From: Takakia lepidozioides
Taxonomy: Eukaryota > Plantae > Bryophyta
Assembly: GCA_030704615.1 (NCBI GenBank)
Contig: CM060732.1
Coordinates: forward strand, 44,516,001-44,580,000
Direction: 5' to 3'
DNA length: 64,000 bases
How positions within the stretch are numbered: the stretch's first letter is position 1; each line of letters starts with the position of its first letter. Shown here piece by piece: positions 23,441 through 36,000 of this stretch. A program made the translations under genes and the position numbers. The notes beneath the pieces are model-generated. The model was not told where the DNA came from. It did no database searches and saw only the letters and a program-made list of their open reading frames with translations.

Positions 23441-25157
23441 TCATGAGGTCTCATTGGCAGCTTCAGGATGATAACACAACATCTCATTCCACACCCTCTC
23501 TCGCAATGCATCCTCCTTTAGGTCTTCATCCTCGAAGTCAAACTCAAAAGGGGCTGGGGCTGAGGGCTCCACACTCACATCATGCAGCATGGATAAATAT
23601 GGGTGCTCCAAAGCTTCATGCACTGTAACACGTTTCTTAGGATCAAAAACAAGCATCTTGTCAATGAGGTTGATGGCAAGGGGGTTCGCGCGTGGATACA
23701 GACGTGCCAGGGATACCCTTGGGGTGAAGGGAAGAGACCGTATGTAACTACGAGCCTTTTGGCTTTGGATAAAATGTAAGTCGCTTTCATCCGGGGACCC
23801 AATAATGCTGATGATCAGCTTGAGCTGATGAATGTAGTCCTTACCCGGAAAAAGCGGCTTCCTTCCCAAAAGCTCAGCAAAAATGCAGCCCACTGACCAC
23901 ATGTCGATGGCACTGGTGTATTCATCACAGGAAAGCAGGAGCTCAGGTGCACGGTACCAGCGTGTGACTACATACTCTGTCATGAACTGGCCCTTGTCAC
24001 TGCCAGTGCGCGCCAGGCCAAAGTCGCATATTTTGAGGTCACAGCTCGCATTCAGCAGCAAATTGCTGGGCTTCAGATCACGGTGCAGCACGTTGGCCGA
24101 GTGCACGTACTTGAGGCCTCGCAGCAACTGCACATTCCACGAAACTATTTTCAGAGATGCAACACAAACTCTCTTCTAGCTGGAATTTTATGTGCAAGTT
24201 TTATGTTTAGAAAGGGAGGAGGCAGCAGAAGACTGAAATCTGTGTTGATAAGGTTGGAAGGTTTACAAATCCTACTACACTTGCACTACAACACAGAAGG
24301 TCCTGGTAATCACTGCCGCAGTAGGGTACCACCTCTCCAAACATCATTCTATCCTGTAAATAGCTGGACAATGCACCACAATACAGTTTCGACTTCAGTT
24401 TTCCCCAGTGCTATTTGCTACATCAGTGTGGCATTCCAGCAAAGTGGCAGATCTTACAAGTTCAGTTACATTGATTTGAATCAGTGTAGCAAGCACAAAA
24501 TAAGGCCTTGCCTTGATACCCATCGATCCCACCATGCTGCCCATGAAAGTATATCACTCTCGTTTCAATTCCATAGCGAGACTTGCAACTATTTTCAAAG
24601 CCGCCGCACCCATTTGCAGGGGTTTTCCTGGAGGTGTCTGCAAATTTCATTCCTTCAACTAAGCTACCATGCGGAGTAAAGAGAAATATGCCTGGAATCA
24701 CCAGGGAAGAAAGAACAGAAGAACAACACGTTACCTGATAGATAAAATACTGGCAATGATCATCAGTCAGACTCTGGGAGGATCGAATGATTTGATGGAG
24801 GTCGGTGTCCATGAGTTCATACACAATATAGACATCATTAAAACTGAGGCGGTTTACGGGCTTCATGATGTCCTTCACCGCAATGATGTTTTCATGGAAC
24901 AAGTGGCGCAGCAATCGGATCTCTCGCAGTGTGCGCCGGGCATCAGTGGTGTTTTCAAACGCATTACTGATCTTCTTGATCGCAATCTTGTCTCCAGTTT
25001 CCGCATTTCGGGCAGAGCATACTACACCATACGCGCCTTTCCCCACGGGTTTGATGGGAACATACTTGGTGTCGATCTCAAACAGACTTCTCCACAGCAT
25101 ATAATGGTGCTTCCCGGGAGGGCAGGTGCCCTCTGGCACCTCAACTTTGGTGGACAT
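23441..25157 (-). CDS. MPK: Mitogen-activated protein kinase, group C (MPK1/2/7/14-like), 2 exons: 25157-24735 and 24127-23441, 369 aa
   Basis: [30 protein letters not shown] activation loop, TRWYRAPE; single GT-AG intron after YFIYQ. Confidence 0.95.
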
Positions 25158-28100
25158 GGTAGGGGCCCCGGACTTGCCCCACTTCCATCAATCACTTCGA
25201 TCCTCCCTCTCCTGATCCCCTCCCTACTTACTCCCTCCCCTTTCCATCCACCCAATTCTCCAAAAATCCTCCACCGCCTGCTTCAATCCACCATAGCCCA
25301 CTCCTACCCCATCGATCTGCCACCGACCTGCATCAACTCATCCCTCTTCCTCCCCTTCCAATTTCATCCCCCATACGAAAAATGCTACCTTGTCTGGCGT
25401 GCACTTAAAAAACGACGCCTTGTCGATGCTTGCACAGTACTCTCGCAGCCCTCTTCCTGCCTCTTCCTCTTCCTCTTCCTCGTCCTCCCCCTCTCTCTCT
25501 CTCTCTGCGCGCGCGAGACAAACCGCAAGGGGGCCAGCGTGACTGCCCGCGGGCAGCCATAGCCTGGAGCTTGTATTTACGCACATGGGTAATGGTTGAC
25601 CGGCCACTGCCGGTGGATACGCATTCCTACCGGCGCCGAGTTTAGCTACAGTTAGTGCCGTGGATGGGTTGTCCCTCTTATCCATCCCAACACCGCCAGC
25701 TCTTAAGTTATTCGTTCGTTATTCGTAGGAATACTAGAATATTAAAAAACATTATTGTTGATATTTGGTTTTGTCGCGGGATGGTCCGGATGAGCGCGCG
25801 GTATGCTCCGAGCGGAACACATTCATCCATAGCTGGATGATGAAGACCTCCTTTTTGGCATGTGTCCAAGGGGAAAAAGGAATTCTTTGGGAATCCCATA
25901 TAAGCATATATTCCAATATTCCATACCATTAACTTGAACTTTCTTCTTTATTTTCTTAATTTGATTAAAAGGGCCTCTGTACCAAAGAGAGGCTTTCTTT
26001 CTTTTCTTTTCTTTTTTCTTTTTTGGGAATAAACACCTGGGAGCGACAGCTCACAAATTTTGTCTTCCAGGAAAATAAAATGGTTCTGCTTTTTACACAA
26101 AAACAAATCTTAGATTCTTATTTGCACAGGAAAAAACGGGATTTTTCGCAACTTATAATGCCAAACCATGTATGGATTATCCAAAAATCGTGATGAAGCG
26201 ATATGCCAACATTGGCAAAAAAGAAAAAAAGGCTTAAATAGAAACCTAATTTTTCAAAAACAAAAAAGTTAAATCATCTACTGGATGATAATTTGAACCC
26301 CAACAGTTTTCATCTTGCTCTTTTAAAACCTAGAGAGAGTAAGAATAAAACGCCACCAAAGAGTCGGTGGAATGAAGCCACGACCACATCCGACGGGGTA
26401 CGTGGCCATTACAACACCGGGCTACAACTTGGTTGTCAAGAGAGTCAAACTCAAGATGGGTTTATTGAAGCATTTTGGGTGCTAAAGGCTGTGTGCAGCC
26501 TATTGAGCGGTCCCACTTACTTATCCCCATGCTTCCCAGGTGTTTTTCGTCTATTTCGGAAGGCTCTCAGCAAATAGCTCATTGTACTATTTGCTAGCAT
26601 TCAATGCATTATTTTCCATATATTTGTATTTTAATTTGTTCAAATGTTTTTCTTATATAGAAAAGTAAGGAAAAAAAAAAAGTTAAGAACTAAAGCTCTG
26701 TCCCATTGCTGCAAGGTACAGCTTGGACCCTCAGTCACCAAAAGAGGACCTCCCCACTTTCTCATGTCTCGGTTGCACCGCCTCACTGTACACCTTTCAT
26801 GCTTATGAGACTTTATCTGGAAACATTGGCATCTCTCTCTAAGTTAAGACTTTCATGTATGAAAGAGGGGTCACTTAGTCACTACTTAGATCCACCAGAT
26901 TCTTGATGTGTGGGTATATCATTGGGGACTTTTAAATCCACGGGGGAGGTTTGGAAAAGCTATAGTCCCACTTTCAGATCAAGTCATACCATTATTTATG
27001 CTTGCTTCAAAGTACAATACATTAGCATTTGAGAGATGGCCGTTGGTTAGTGTCGACATAGGTGTATGTTGTACGCTACCAACCAATCTGACCCATAGAG
27101 CCCACCCATCTCTTAAAGGGGCAGTAGTCGTAAGGCGAAGTGACTCTTTGTTACGCCGACTTTAGCTGGAGTCTTGTCTCTCGTCAATCTCATTTTTAAA
27201 AATGGGTCAATTGAATCAAGCGGTCGTCTAAGGTCATCTAATGTGTGGGTAGGACTTTGGAGTCATTGGGGGCGGTTGCGGTCGCTAGAAGGTACATTAC
27301 ATCCAACTTACATCTGTCACAAGCCTGTGTACGTCTTTGCCAACACATCGGCCCTACCATACACGCCACGTGGCATTCTGATGCCACCACACCAGACACC
27401 TTGCAAGTTGCAATAATCCCATTTGTGCCTTGTTTTTCATTTTTCCATCAACTTGAGATACATATTTATCCTCAATGCCGGTTTCGGACCACACAAACCC
27501 TACTAGAGGTTTTGCTCTGCCCTCTCTGTACACGTCTGTTAACGAAATTTCACCCAGTGTTCTCCTAACAGAACAGAGATGGGACAGAGGCTTGGGTGGT
27601 TTTCTGTTAGGCTGGAATGAAGGATATGCGCAATCGATTTCGTTTACTGTCGGGAGTGGGTCTCATCGAGCGCTAGTCTTGAAGATGACGAAGGGTGAGA
27701 GTGTTGGTTGTTGGCAGATTTGTCTAAGTTATTCGTGAACACCGAGAGCGAGTTTTCTACAATTTTGAGATACATAGGATAAGTATCGCCCAAATTCGTC
27801 CCACACACCAGCACACCTCGTCATCTGTCTTGCTGCTATATTGGGATTCGCATTCTACGATGAGATCACTTCTTCCTTTCCAAATTTTCTCGAATATGGA
27901 CTTTATCTTGTAGCATGTTTTCTGGCAACCCAATTTCTCACTTCAAATTGCTGTCGCTTGATCTGATAGAATGTTTCCTCGAAGATGGATCTGATAGCTT
28001 ATCCGTTGAAGTGAGGAATTGGGTTGCCCAAGCGGACAGCATGAGTAGAACGATGGCTGTGATTTGGGGAGAGCTCGCAAAAGGAAAACCCCACGCCCAA

Positions 28101-29190
28101 TGTTAGCAAGAATGTCAAGGGGAATTCATAGTGGCTTGTTTCCGCGCATGGCACTGACCACCTGATGTGATCCTCTATGCGGGGAGAGGACTGCGCTTGG
28201 GACAATCGAGTGCTTTGTTAGCAATTTGAAGGAGAACTCCTGCTGTTGCGATGAGGCGGTGGTGCTGGCATAAAAATATCGAAACCGTCGGAGGTAGTAG
28301 ATTTTCCCCTAGAGCCAAATTGAATCCGGATGTTCGCTTTTGCAGCTCTACAGTCCAACAAGTGAAGTCCCATCCTCACAGAACTATCCCAAGAATGATG
28401 TCATTTGGAACCGTTGCTAAAACTAGCTGCAGACAGCGCTGAGCTTAGTTTGGTTTGCATACAGGACTGCTGCAAGAAGAGCGTGGTCTTTCTTGCTGGG
28501 CTTGCTGTTGAAGATGCAGCCTTGGGAAGCGTGCACTTAAATCATCAGATTCATACTTACAATGGTTTCTCTCAAAAAAGGCCAGGCATACAGTTTTGAG
28601 CTGCACAGCATCAACAACAAGGCATTGATGTATTGGTCCAGAATCAAATGCTGTTGTATCAACGGCCTTTTCATTCAGCTAATCAAATTATTTCAAGTTC
28701 CCTGTGTGTGCCATAGGATTCGGTATAGAATTGGAGAAGCCATTCATTCACCCTCTATACCATAGAAGGGCACTTCAACTGGCAGTTCCATTCTGATCTC
28801 ATATGCATGGCACCAACAAACTTTAAGGAACCCTTGACCCCAGTGAAGATCATATTGTGCAAAGTGAATCTTACACTTTCCAATTCATGCACTCTGTATG
28901 AGCTTCCAGCTCACCCATTGAAATGTCTCGCGCACTGCAAAAGTTGGTCGTGCCATCAACTCAAAGCATGGCACATTTGTGTTTCTATCAAACTGGACTT
29001 GAGGCTTGGAATGAAGCCCTTATCTTCTAAGACATGTGAACTGATTGCTATTACCACCTAAACCCGTCACTCTACTCCCACTTCAACAGACAAAGATGTT
29101 TGCCATACTGGGAGCTCAACACGATGGGGGCTGAATCAATGCCCTACTGGGCAGTGTGCAACCATCCAAATGCAGGATCCAGCAAGACGG

Positions 29191-30472
29191 CTAAAATATC
29201 TTCCTGAGGAACCTGCCAATAACGCGTCCTTTTGGCCTCCACCATTCCATTACGTCTGCATACTTATCAACAGCCGACTCCCAGAGCTCAGATAACTTCT
29301 GATTCAGAGAATACTTGAAATCCGATGCTGCCTGTCCACTCCCAACATAGAGCGTGATAGCAGACCTCTTGCTTTCCGCTGCCTGTTTCAAGTCTAGCAG
29401 CTTTGACTGAGCCAATGTTCTAGCTTTCTCTGGAAGTTTCCCCGCCTTGGCATCCCTAAAAAGCTCCATGCTTCTGGACCTGAGTAACTCTCTAGATGGT
29501 GCCGTCTTTTCCATCAGGGTACGGCTCGCCTGTGCTACTTGACAGCTTTGTCGGATGACAATACCACTACCCAATGGTCCCAGGATCCACAAGGGTAGCA
29601 AGTCTTGTGTCACTGCTACTCCAAAGAAGACTGTCACCAGGAGAAACCAAGGAACACTGCAGAAAACAAGGTAAGCATAAGTACTTGAGGCAACCCATAA
29701 TTGGCAAACCATGGCAGCATAAAACTAATATCAGGCATTTGTCTCCCTAATAAGCTAATCAGCACTGCGTGAGTTTCAGTCAGAGCTGTTACTCCAAAAC
29801 CCCATGCCCCATAAAACTACCACCTGTAACCAGACCAAGACTACAGTAGTGAATCATGACTGGTAGGCCTTCCGAGCAAGAGAACAGAAGCAAACTTTCC
29901 TTTGGCCAGTATACCTCAAATGCCTTTTCCTGGCAGGTTTCCTGAACATACCTAGCACCATCTGCATCTGATTCCAGCTAGACTAATCTTGCGATATGGG
30001 GAGTCAACTGCAGAAGAAAGAAGGAGACTTACAAAATGACGAGGGGCCACTTGATCCAGGGCTCTGTGGTTCTCCAGCACCTTGCACCCTGCAAGCTCAG
30101 AGGGGAGATACGAAGATTTGTGACCACCTCTTTCGCATCAAGACCTTGGACTCTGTCTTTCGCTTCCTTAAGAACATCTTTTGTGCTCTGCAAAATGCCA
30201 CGTTGTCGCAGATCCAAGAACCCATCTTGCATGCCTTGCCAAGAGTCAGCCAGCAGCTGCCTCATGTCCTCCCTTCCTTGCCACTCTGATCGTGATGAGT
30301 CCATGGCTTGTACCGAAGGTCCCGGGGTTTCTCCCCCACCATTGTCATGGTCTGCTGTAACTGCCTGATATGAGAGTGCATGCAATCTTTGTAGTCGAAT
30401 GGGACCCCTGCTCCCAGCACTTGCAAAAGTGGCCCGACTGCAATTCATTACCAAAAACTGGAAGTCAAGGCC
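29191..30472 (-). CDS. Plant-specific membrane protein resembling the EMB2759 family; last two exons (about 30472-30033 and 29656-29191), upstream exons unresolved (probably up to about 32.7 kb)
   Basis: Spliced product WIKWPLVIF|VPWFLLVTVFFGVAVTQDLLPLWILGPL..KYADVMEWW..IGRFLRKIF, with an in-phase GT-AG intron. Family assignment is from recalled similarity only. Confidence 0.6.
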
Positions 30473-33054
30473 TGGCAAATACCCTTACAACTGTGATACA
30501 AACAGACAGTGCTAATAGCTATATGCCCTAACAGCCTGCAGCCAGTTCATAAGGTGAGCTATGGTGAGCTGATTCTTGCTGAGCATGGGCATGGGATACT
30601 GAAAGTAAAGGAAGGATTATCAGCATCTGTAATTGCCTGTGTATCGGAAGCCAGCTGGAAATCCAACCCCTTTTAACAACTGCAGAGAGTCTAACCAGCA
30701 AAATATGACTTCGCACACAAAGACCTCAAAGTGAGTGTGAGTGATCCACTAACCAGGACAGAGTTAGAATTTTGGAAGGCCTCCCTGGTCTAACAAGATT
30801 TCCACATCAGGAGCACTGGCATGAATTCGGCCCCTTCCAAGACTTGTCGTCACTGCCACAGGTTGCCCACTGCATGCACCCTGCACTCATCCCAAAGAAC
30901 AACTCAACTAAATTCATCTCTCCTTCAAAGTGCTCTCCCAACCAAGCACAACCTGCAAACATCACATATGCATGTATCGCACACGATTATGTTTCTGATC
31001 AGTCGGTACCCTCCTTGCAATCTGCCAAACACTACTGACTGACATCTGTCCCAACCCCTAAGGGTTGACAGTTCTGTCAGTGAACAGTTTTTCATCTGAT
31101 GAACACCTGCAGTCTTCTGTGTATCTGGAGAAAGACACACAGAAGGAAGGAGGGAAATGCACCTTATTATTTGCAACCTTATGTAACAGCGTAAAGTAAA
31201 CGGGGACACTAAACCAAAGTAAAAAGGGAAAAGGAGTGGCAGCACACCAATACTTGAAGTGTTGGAGGTGCCATGGTCAATAATAGGCTCTCACAAACTT
31301 GGGGACTCAGCGCTCATCCATTACCTTCCAACTGCACCTCCACATCCCAATAGTTCCTTCAGAATTTGCAACAATGACAACGTTGTCAGAAGAGTTCAAG
31401 GATAAACAAAAGTTGTACATTGACAATGAACATGCACTTCCACCAGCGCTCTATACTGAGCAATATAGTTCGGGTTGACAGGCAGAAGATCATGTTCCAA
31501 TCTACACCAAAAAGGACATGCTACTACTAACACATTGCAGTGGAACAGTTCAATCGGAAACAAAGGACTGGATACAATCCTCAAGCAACTCAGCCAGTAC
31601 CCACTAAAGATTCGAGATTATGAGCTGCTTCATGGAGTTGAAGTGAAAACGCTGAATATCTCCACACTGAGTCCAATGTACAGACAGACAAACCCACATT
31701 CAAAACCAACAAGCATTGAATGGGGTCATAGAGAAGGGCAGGGGCACGGTTGTCACACTAGCAAGATTACAACAAGGCAAACCCTCGTGCCTATACATCC
31801 TCATTGACATCTAAGCTATACACTGCCCCCAATTTTCTGCGCACGGCAATCTTATGTATGTCAAACTTCCTTGACTTTACTGCCAAGCTCTGGTTGTCTC
31901 CAATTACAGTCATTGTGGTTAATCATAAGAAAGTTGAAGAGCGTGTCTCTCTCCGAGCGCAATCCTCAAACCCCAATGACCTCCCCACACTGGTATTCCC
32001 TGACAAATCTCACAATGCAGTAGAGGGAGAAAAGCGTGGATAACCATAGCAGGGAGCAACGGATGCTGAATCGCCGAAACCACCGCGAGGCTCCCAACCA
32101 ACGCCCAAGCAAACCAACTGGAAGGATCCCTCGCACACAGTGCAACTCAACGCAATAGTCCCAGACGCAGAACGCAACGCTGCTGAAGAAGCGGAGCCGA
32201 ATTCTGCCCTAAAACCTGTCAAACCTCATCGCCAAGGTACTCGTGGAGACTATATCACACTGGCAGTGTACTCCGCCGACACATCAAGTACAATAACTAT
32301 AACTCAGAAGAAGCTCCCTGTTTGATGTATCATCATACGCTATCCCGCCCTCTGCATTCTCTCCGTGTATTCGGATTGCATGGTTATCAAAAGCAGCAGC
32401 AGAGTCTTTCACGGAAACCCACCGCAAAGGTACAGCTCTCCATAGGCAGCGCAGCGGGGATCCATAACCCAAATACAAACAGGCAAAAATCACGAGAAAG
32501 ATGCACTCACTTGAAGCTCTCTCCAGATCACAACACCCCAATCTCCATACTCATCTCATCTCCTTCCTGAATCCCTACGATATCCTCTCGAGAGGAGATT
32601 CCAGGCCCTCTTCCTCACTTCCTTCCACGCGGCAACACGCCCCTCCCCGAAACGCACGTCCGGTGATCAAACCCACATGCTCGTCACTCCAAAATGTTTT
32701 CTTTCCTTTTTTCTGCTCTCCACTGATTTGAGCTGAATCTGGCAGAGCATCGTGATGATCCAAGGGGCCCCAAAATTCGAACTTTATACTTGTGGAATGA
32801 GCATCCACAGGTTCACACGAGAGGGAGGTTTTAGTTTATTCTAATAAGTTGTGGATATGGCGGAAGCCTTGCTTGGGTTCGTTGCAAAGACCTGTAACAG
32901 ACTCTGTGTTTCTTCTTCATGAATTTGCTGAAACGGAGCAGCAATGTTGAGACTTCTGGTAGAGGTTTGTTGACATGCCCAGTCGGTCTTATCACAATTG
33001 ACAGTTTGAGTCTTCATTGCTTTCCAGAGTTAGTTGCATCTCCTGCGGATTCGG

Positions 33055-36000
33055 ATGGACCCACAATGCTTGGCCCTCTCAGGTCCGATATCTGTATCCA
33101 TGGCAGCAGTAGTTCCAATGGTCTCTTGGGGAGTACCACAAATCGGATGCTGCTGTTGGTCTCGCTCAACTTTCCCACGACGAAAGCTACAAATTGGCGA
33201 TGTTATCCAGAGAAACAGAATAAATTTTGACTCTTTTCAAGAAGGGAAGATATTTCTGGGCTCACAGGGGTCTAAAATATGGGAGAGGAATAGATGTGTA
33301 GGGGGGAAAGGAGGGGAGGGATGGTTAAAGGATAATGGAGTCAGAGCTAGCACAGAGGTCGGGGAGACCATTGTGACAAAAGCGGCTGCCATGGCTCCTC
33401 TTTCGGAATTGTACGAGTTCATTTGCAGGCAAGGCTTCCTCTATGCTTTCCTCTTTCTCATTTCTTTTCCAATGCGGTCACAATGTGTTTGCCTCCACAA
33501 CTCTCTCTCTCACCCCGCTGCATAGGGGAGACTCCAACCAATCTCCAGGAGTTGATTGATTGCGCGAAGAGATACTTTGATCTTTGGGGGCTAGAGGCTA
33601 ATGTCAGCAAATGTGCAGTGGTAGCATTCAACGACAGAGGAGAGGGAGGAAGTGATCTTAAGTGGCAGTGGGGTAGCCAAGAGATCCCGGTCCTCCCTTC
33701 CTACACTTACCTGGGCGTTGAGTTCTCCTCCAATTGTAATTGGGATGCACATATCTGGAAAGTTGTTCAAACTGGCAAGGGCAAAGATCTGGGGCTCACT
33801 AAATTTTTCCACTGCAGAGGGGTCAACTCTGAGGTTAAGAAAACCATGCTTTGTCGCGTTATTAGACCTGCCTTGGAGTACGGATCTGCTATATGGGTTG
33901 ATAACTCCAACCAGGCTAAGTCTCTAAAATCCATTCAAGTGGGGGTGCTTAAGGAGTGTATGTCAGCATGCTCCAAATCAGCCAATGTGGCTGTTCGGGT
34001 GAGTTTGACATTCCGTCCTTAAGCTCCCGACGAGATGAATTCAAGGTCAGATGGTGGGGTCAGCTGCAACATATGCCCAACACCAGATATCCTAAGTTAA
34101 TCGACTCTATATCTTGGAAACAGGACCGCCCTGTCAAACAGCCTGTCAAACAGGCTAAGTCCTGACAGAAGAGAGTAGAAGAGATCCTCAAGGACCTGGA
34201 CCTGGATCCGCAAGTCTTGACCCTGCTGGATAAATCTGACTTAGAGGCTGTAGTGTCCTCAGCCATGTCTGTTGCCATGAGATTGTCTGATGAAAATGAA
34301 GTTAGGCAGAAAACTTCCCTGAACTTGTTTCCAGTCTGTGACATGGGGGAGGACATTGGATGACCTCAAGGGTCTACCCACTCTCGGCACTAGACTGAAA
34401 TTTAAACTCAGGGCAGGAAGCCTACCTTTGAACAGCAAACAGAAGCAGAGAGGAAAGGGAGAGTGCAATTGCCCGTTGTGTGGGCAATCTGAAGACAGTA
34501 TTCATTTTCTGATACACTGTCCGGGGTTCTCTCACCAAAGAGACGCTCTCTTCAAATCTATTAAGGGAATTGTGCCTGTACCCCTGTTTACCAACTTTGA
34601 AAGTCTCGAGGCTGAGCCAAAAGCCCAGGCCCTCCTGAGGCCTAGTTTTTGGGCAAATCACACACAGCAGATTGATGCTTGTGTGAAGGGATTTCTAGAG
34701 GATATCTGGAAAACCCGGATTAATTCTTTATATGGAGGTAAGTCTTACTACCAACGTCAGCCCCTGACAGAGGTAGGTTCTGTCCCTTTTGTTCCCGCTC
34801 AAACTGGGCGCGGGGTCAATGGCCACAAGGCTACGGCAAACAACGTCTTATGAGTACAATCTCACCCCGCTGCTTTATGGTTGTCTATGCAGTCTGGTCA
34901 AAAGGATGGTATACAAAATTTATTCAGGAAGTCACTCGATGGTATTCTGGCATGCAAATTTCCAAATTATTATGCTTATATGCAGGGGACCTTTGCTGAG
35001 GAAGACCGGAGCCAACCAGGAAACTGTAGCAAAGAATATTGACGAGTGGTTAGCGTTGGGGATTAAGCTCTCTCGACATCTGAGATTCGAGGAGTTTGCA
35101 CTCTCTGATGCAGAGAAAGTGCGAATTTATCATTACTATGTGCCGGTGTTTTGGTGGTGTAAGCAAGAGTTGGAGAGTCATTCTTCAAGTTTCAAGGAGG
35201 GAGACCGAGTTCCGGCACTCATTGTGAGAAACTGAAAAACTTTATACTCAACGATGTCAATGCCGATTGTTTTTGGCCGTCTGTAAATGCTATTATAATT
35301 TTGGACAACCAGTTTGAACAACCCTGGCATGCTGAAATCCGCGGGATGTGCTCCTCTGGGTTGAAATCCTGCGGTGAGAATGCATATAATGGCTAACATT
35401 GGAGGAAGAAATGCAAAGGGCCTTGAAAACTATGTTGCCTTACTCTGTCCAATAAAACGCGATTTCTCTAGTTAACGGTTACTCTTCCAAGAGGGTGCCC
35501 ACTTTGAATGCATTGAAGTGATATTTTACTATACCTTGGCTCAGTTCAAGAAGCACAAGACAATGCTGAAAGCCGTGATGCTCCTTGGGTCTGGGTTCTG
35601 GGGGGAGTACTTGCATCAAAATGATGTCATGCACTTTCTTGAGAAGTCACGAGTATAACTACTGAATGTCTCCACTCCTTGCGAAGAAGTAGGCTATTTG
35701 GTGGATTATCTGTGTGACTAAAGTGGAGGAGTTACTGACGGACATCTGATTCGGAGGAGAAATAGTTTTGTTTACCTTGGTTTAAACAGCTTCTGGGTGG
35801 TGGGAACAGCTAGGCATTAGTGCACCGCAGGGTTGTGGCAAAACAACTATGGTCGACTCACTGGAGTATCTGTTCAATTCTATTGGCAGGTTTGACTCCT
35901 TACTTGCAGATAGGCAACTTGTCAGTTGTGTTCAACATGATCGTTTTGAAATGGTTATCTGATGTGGCTAGAAATTTTGAGTTCAGTGATTTCCGGGCTA

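Noticed and set aside
24083-25562. Long plus-strand ORFs (24083-24679, 24669-25562)
   Set aside because: Antisense shadows of the MAPK gene with no domain features.
26700-28900. Degenerate TE or gene between the MAPK and EMB2759-like genes
   Set aside because: No recognisable motif in any frame.
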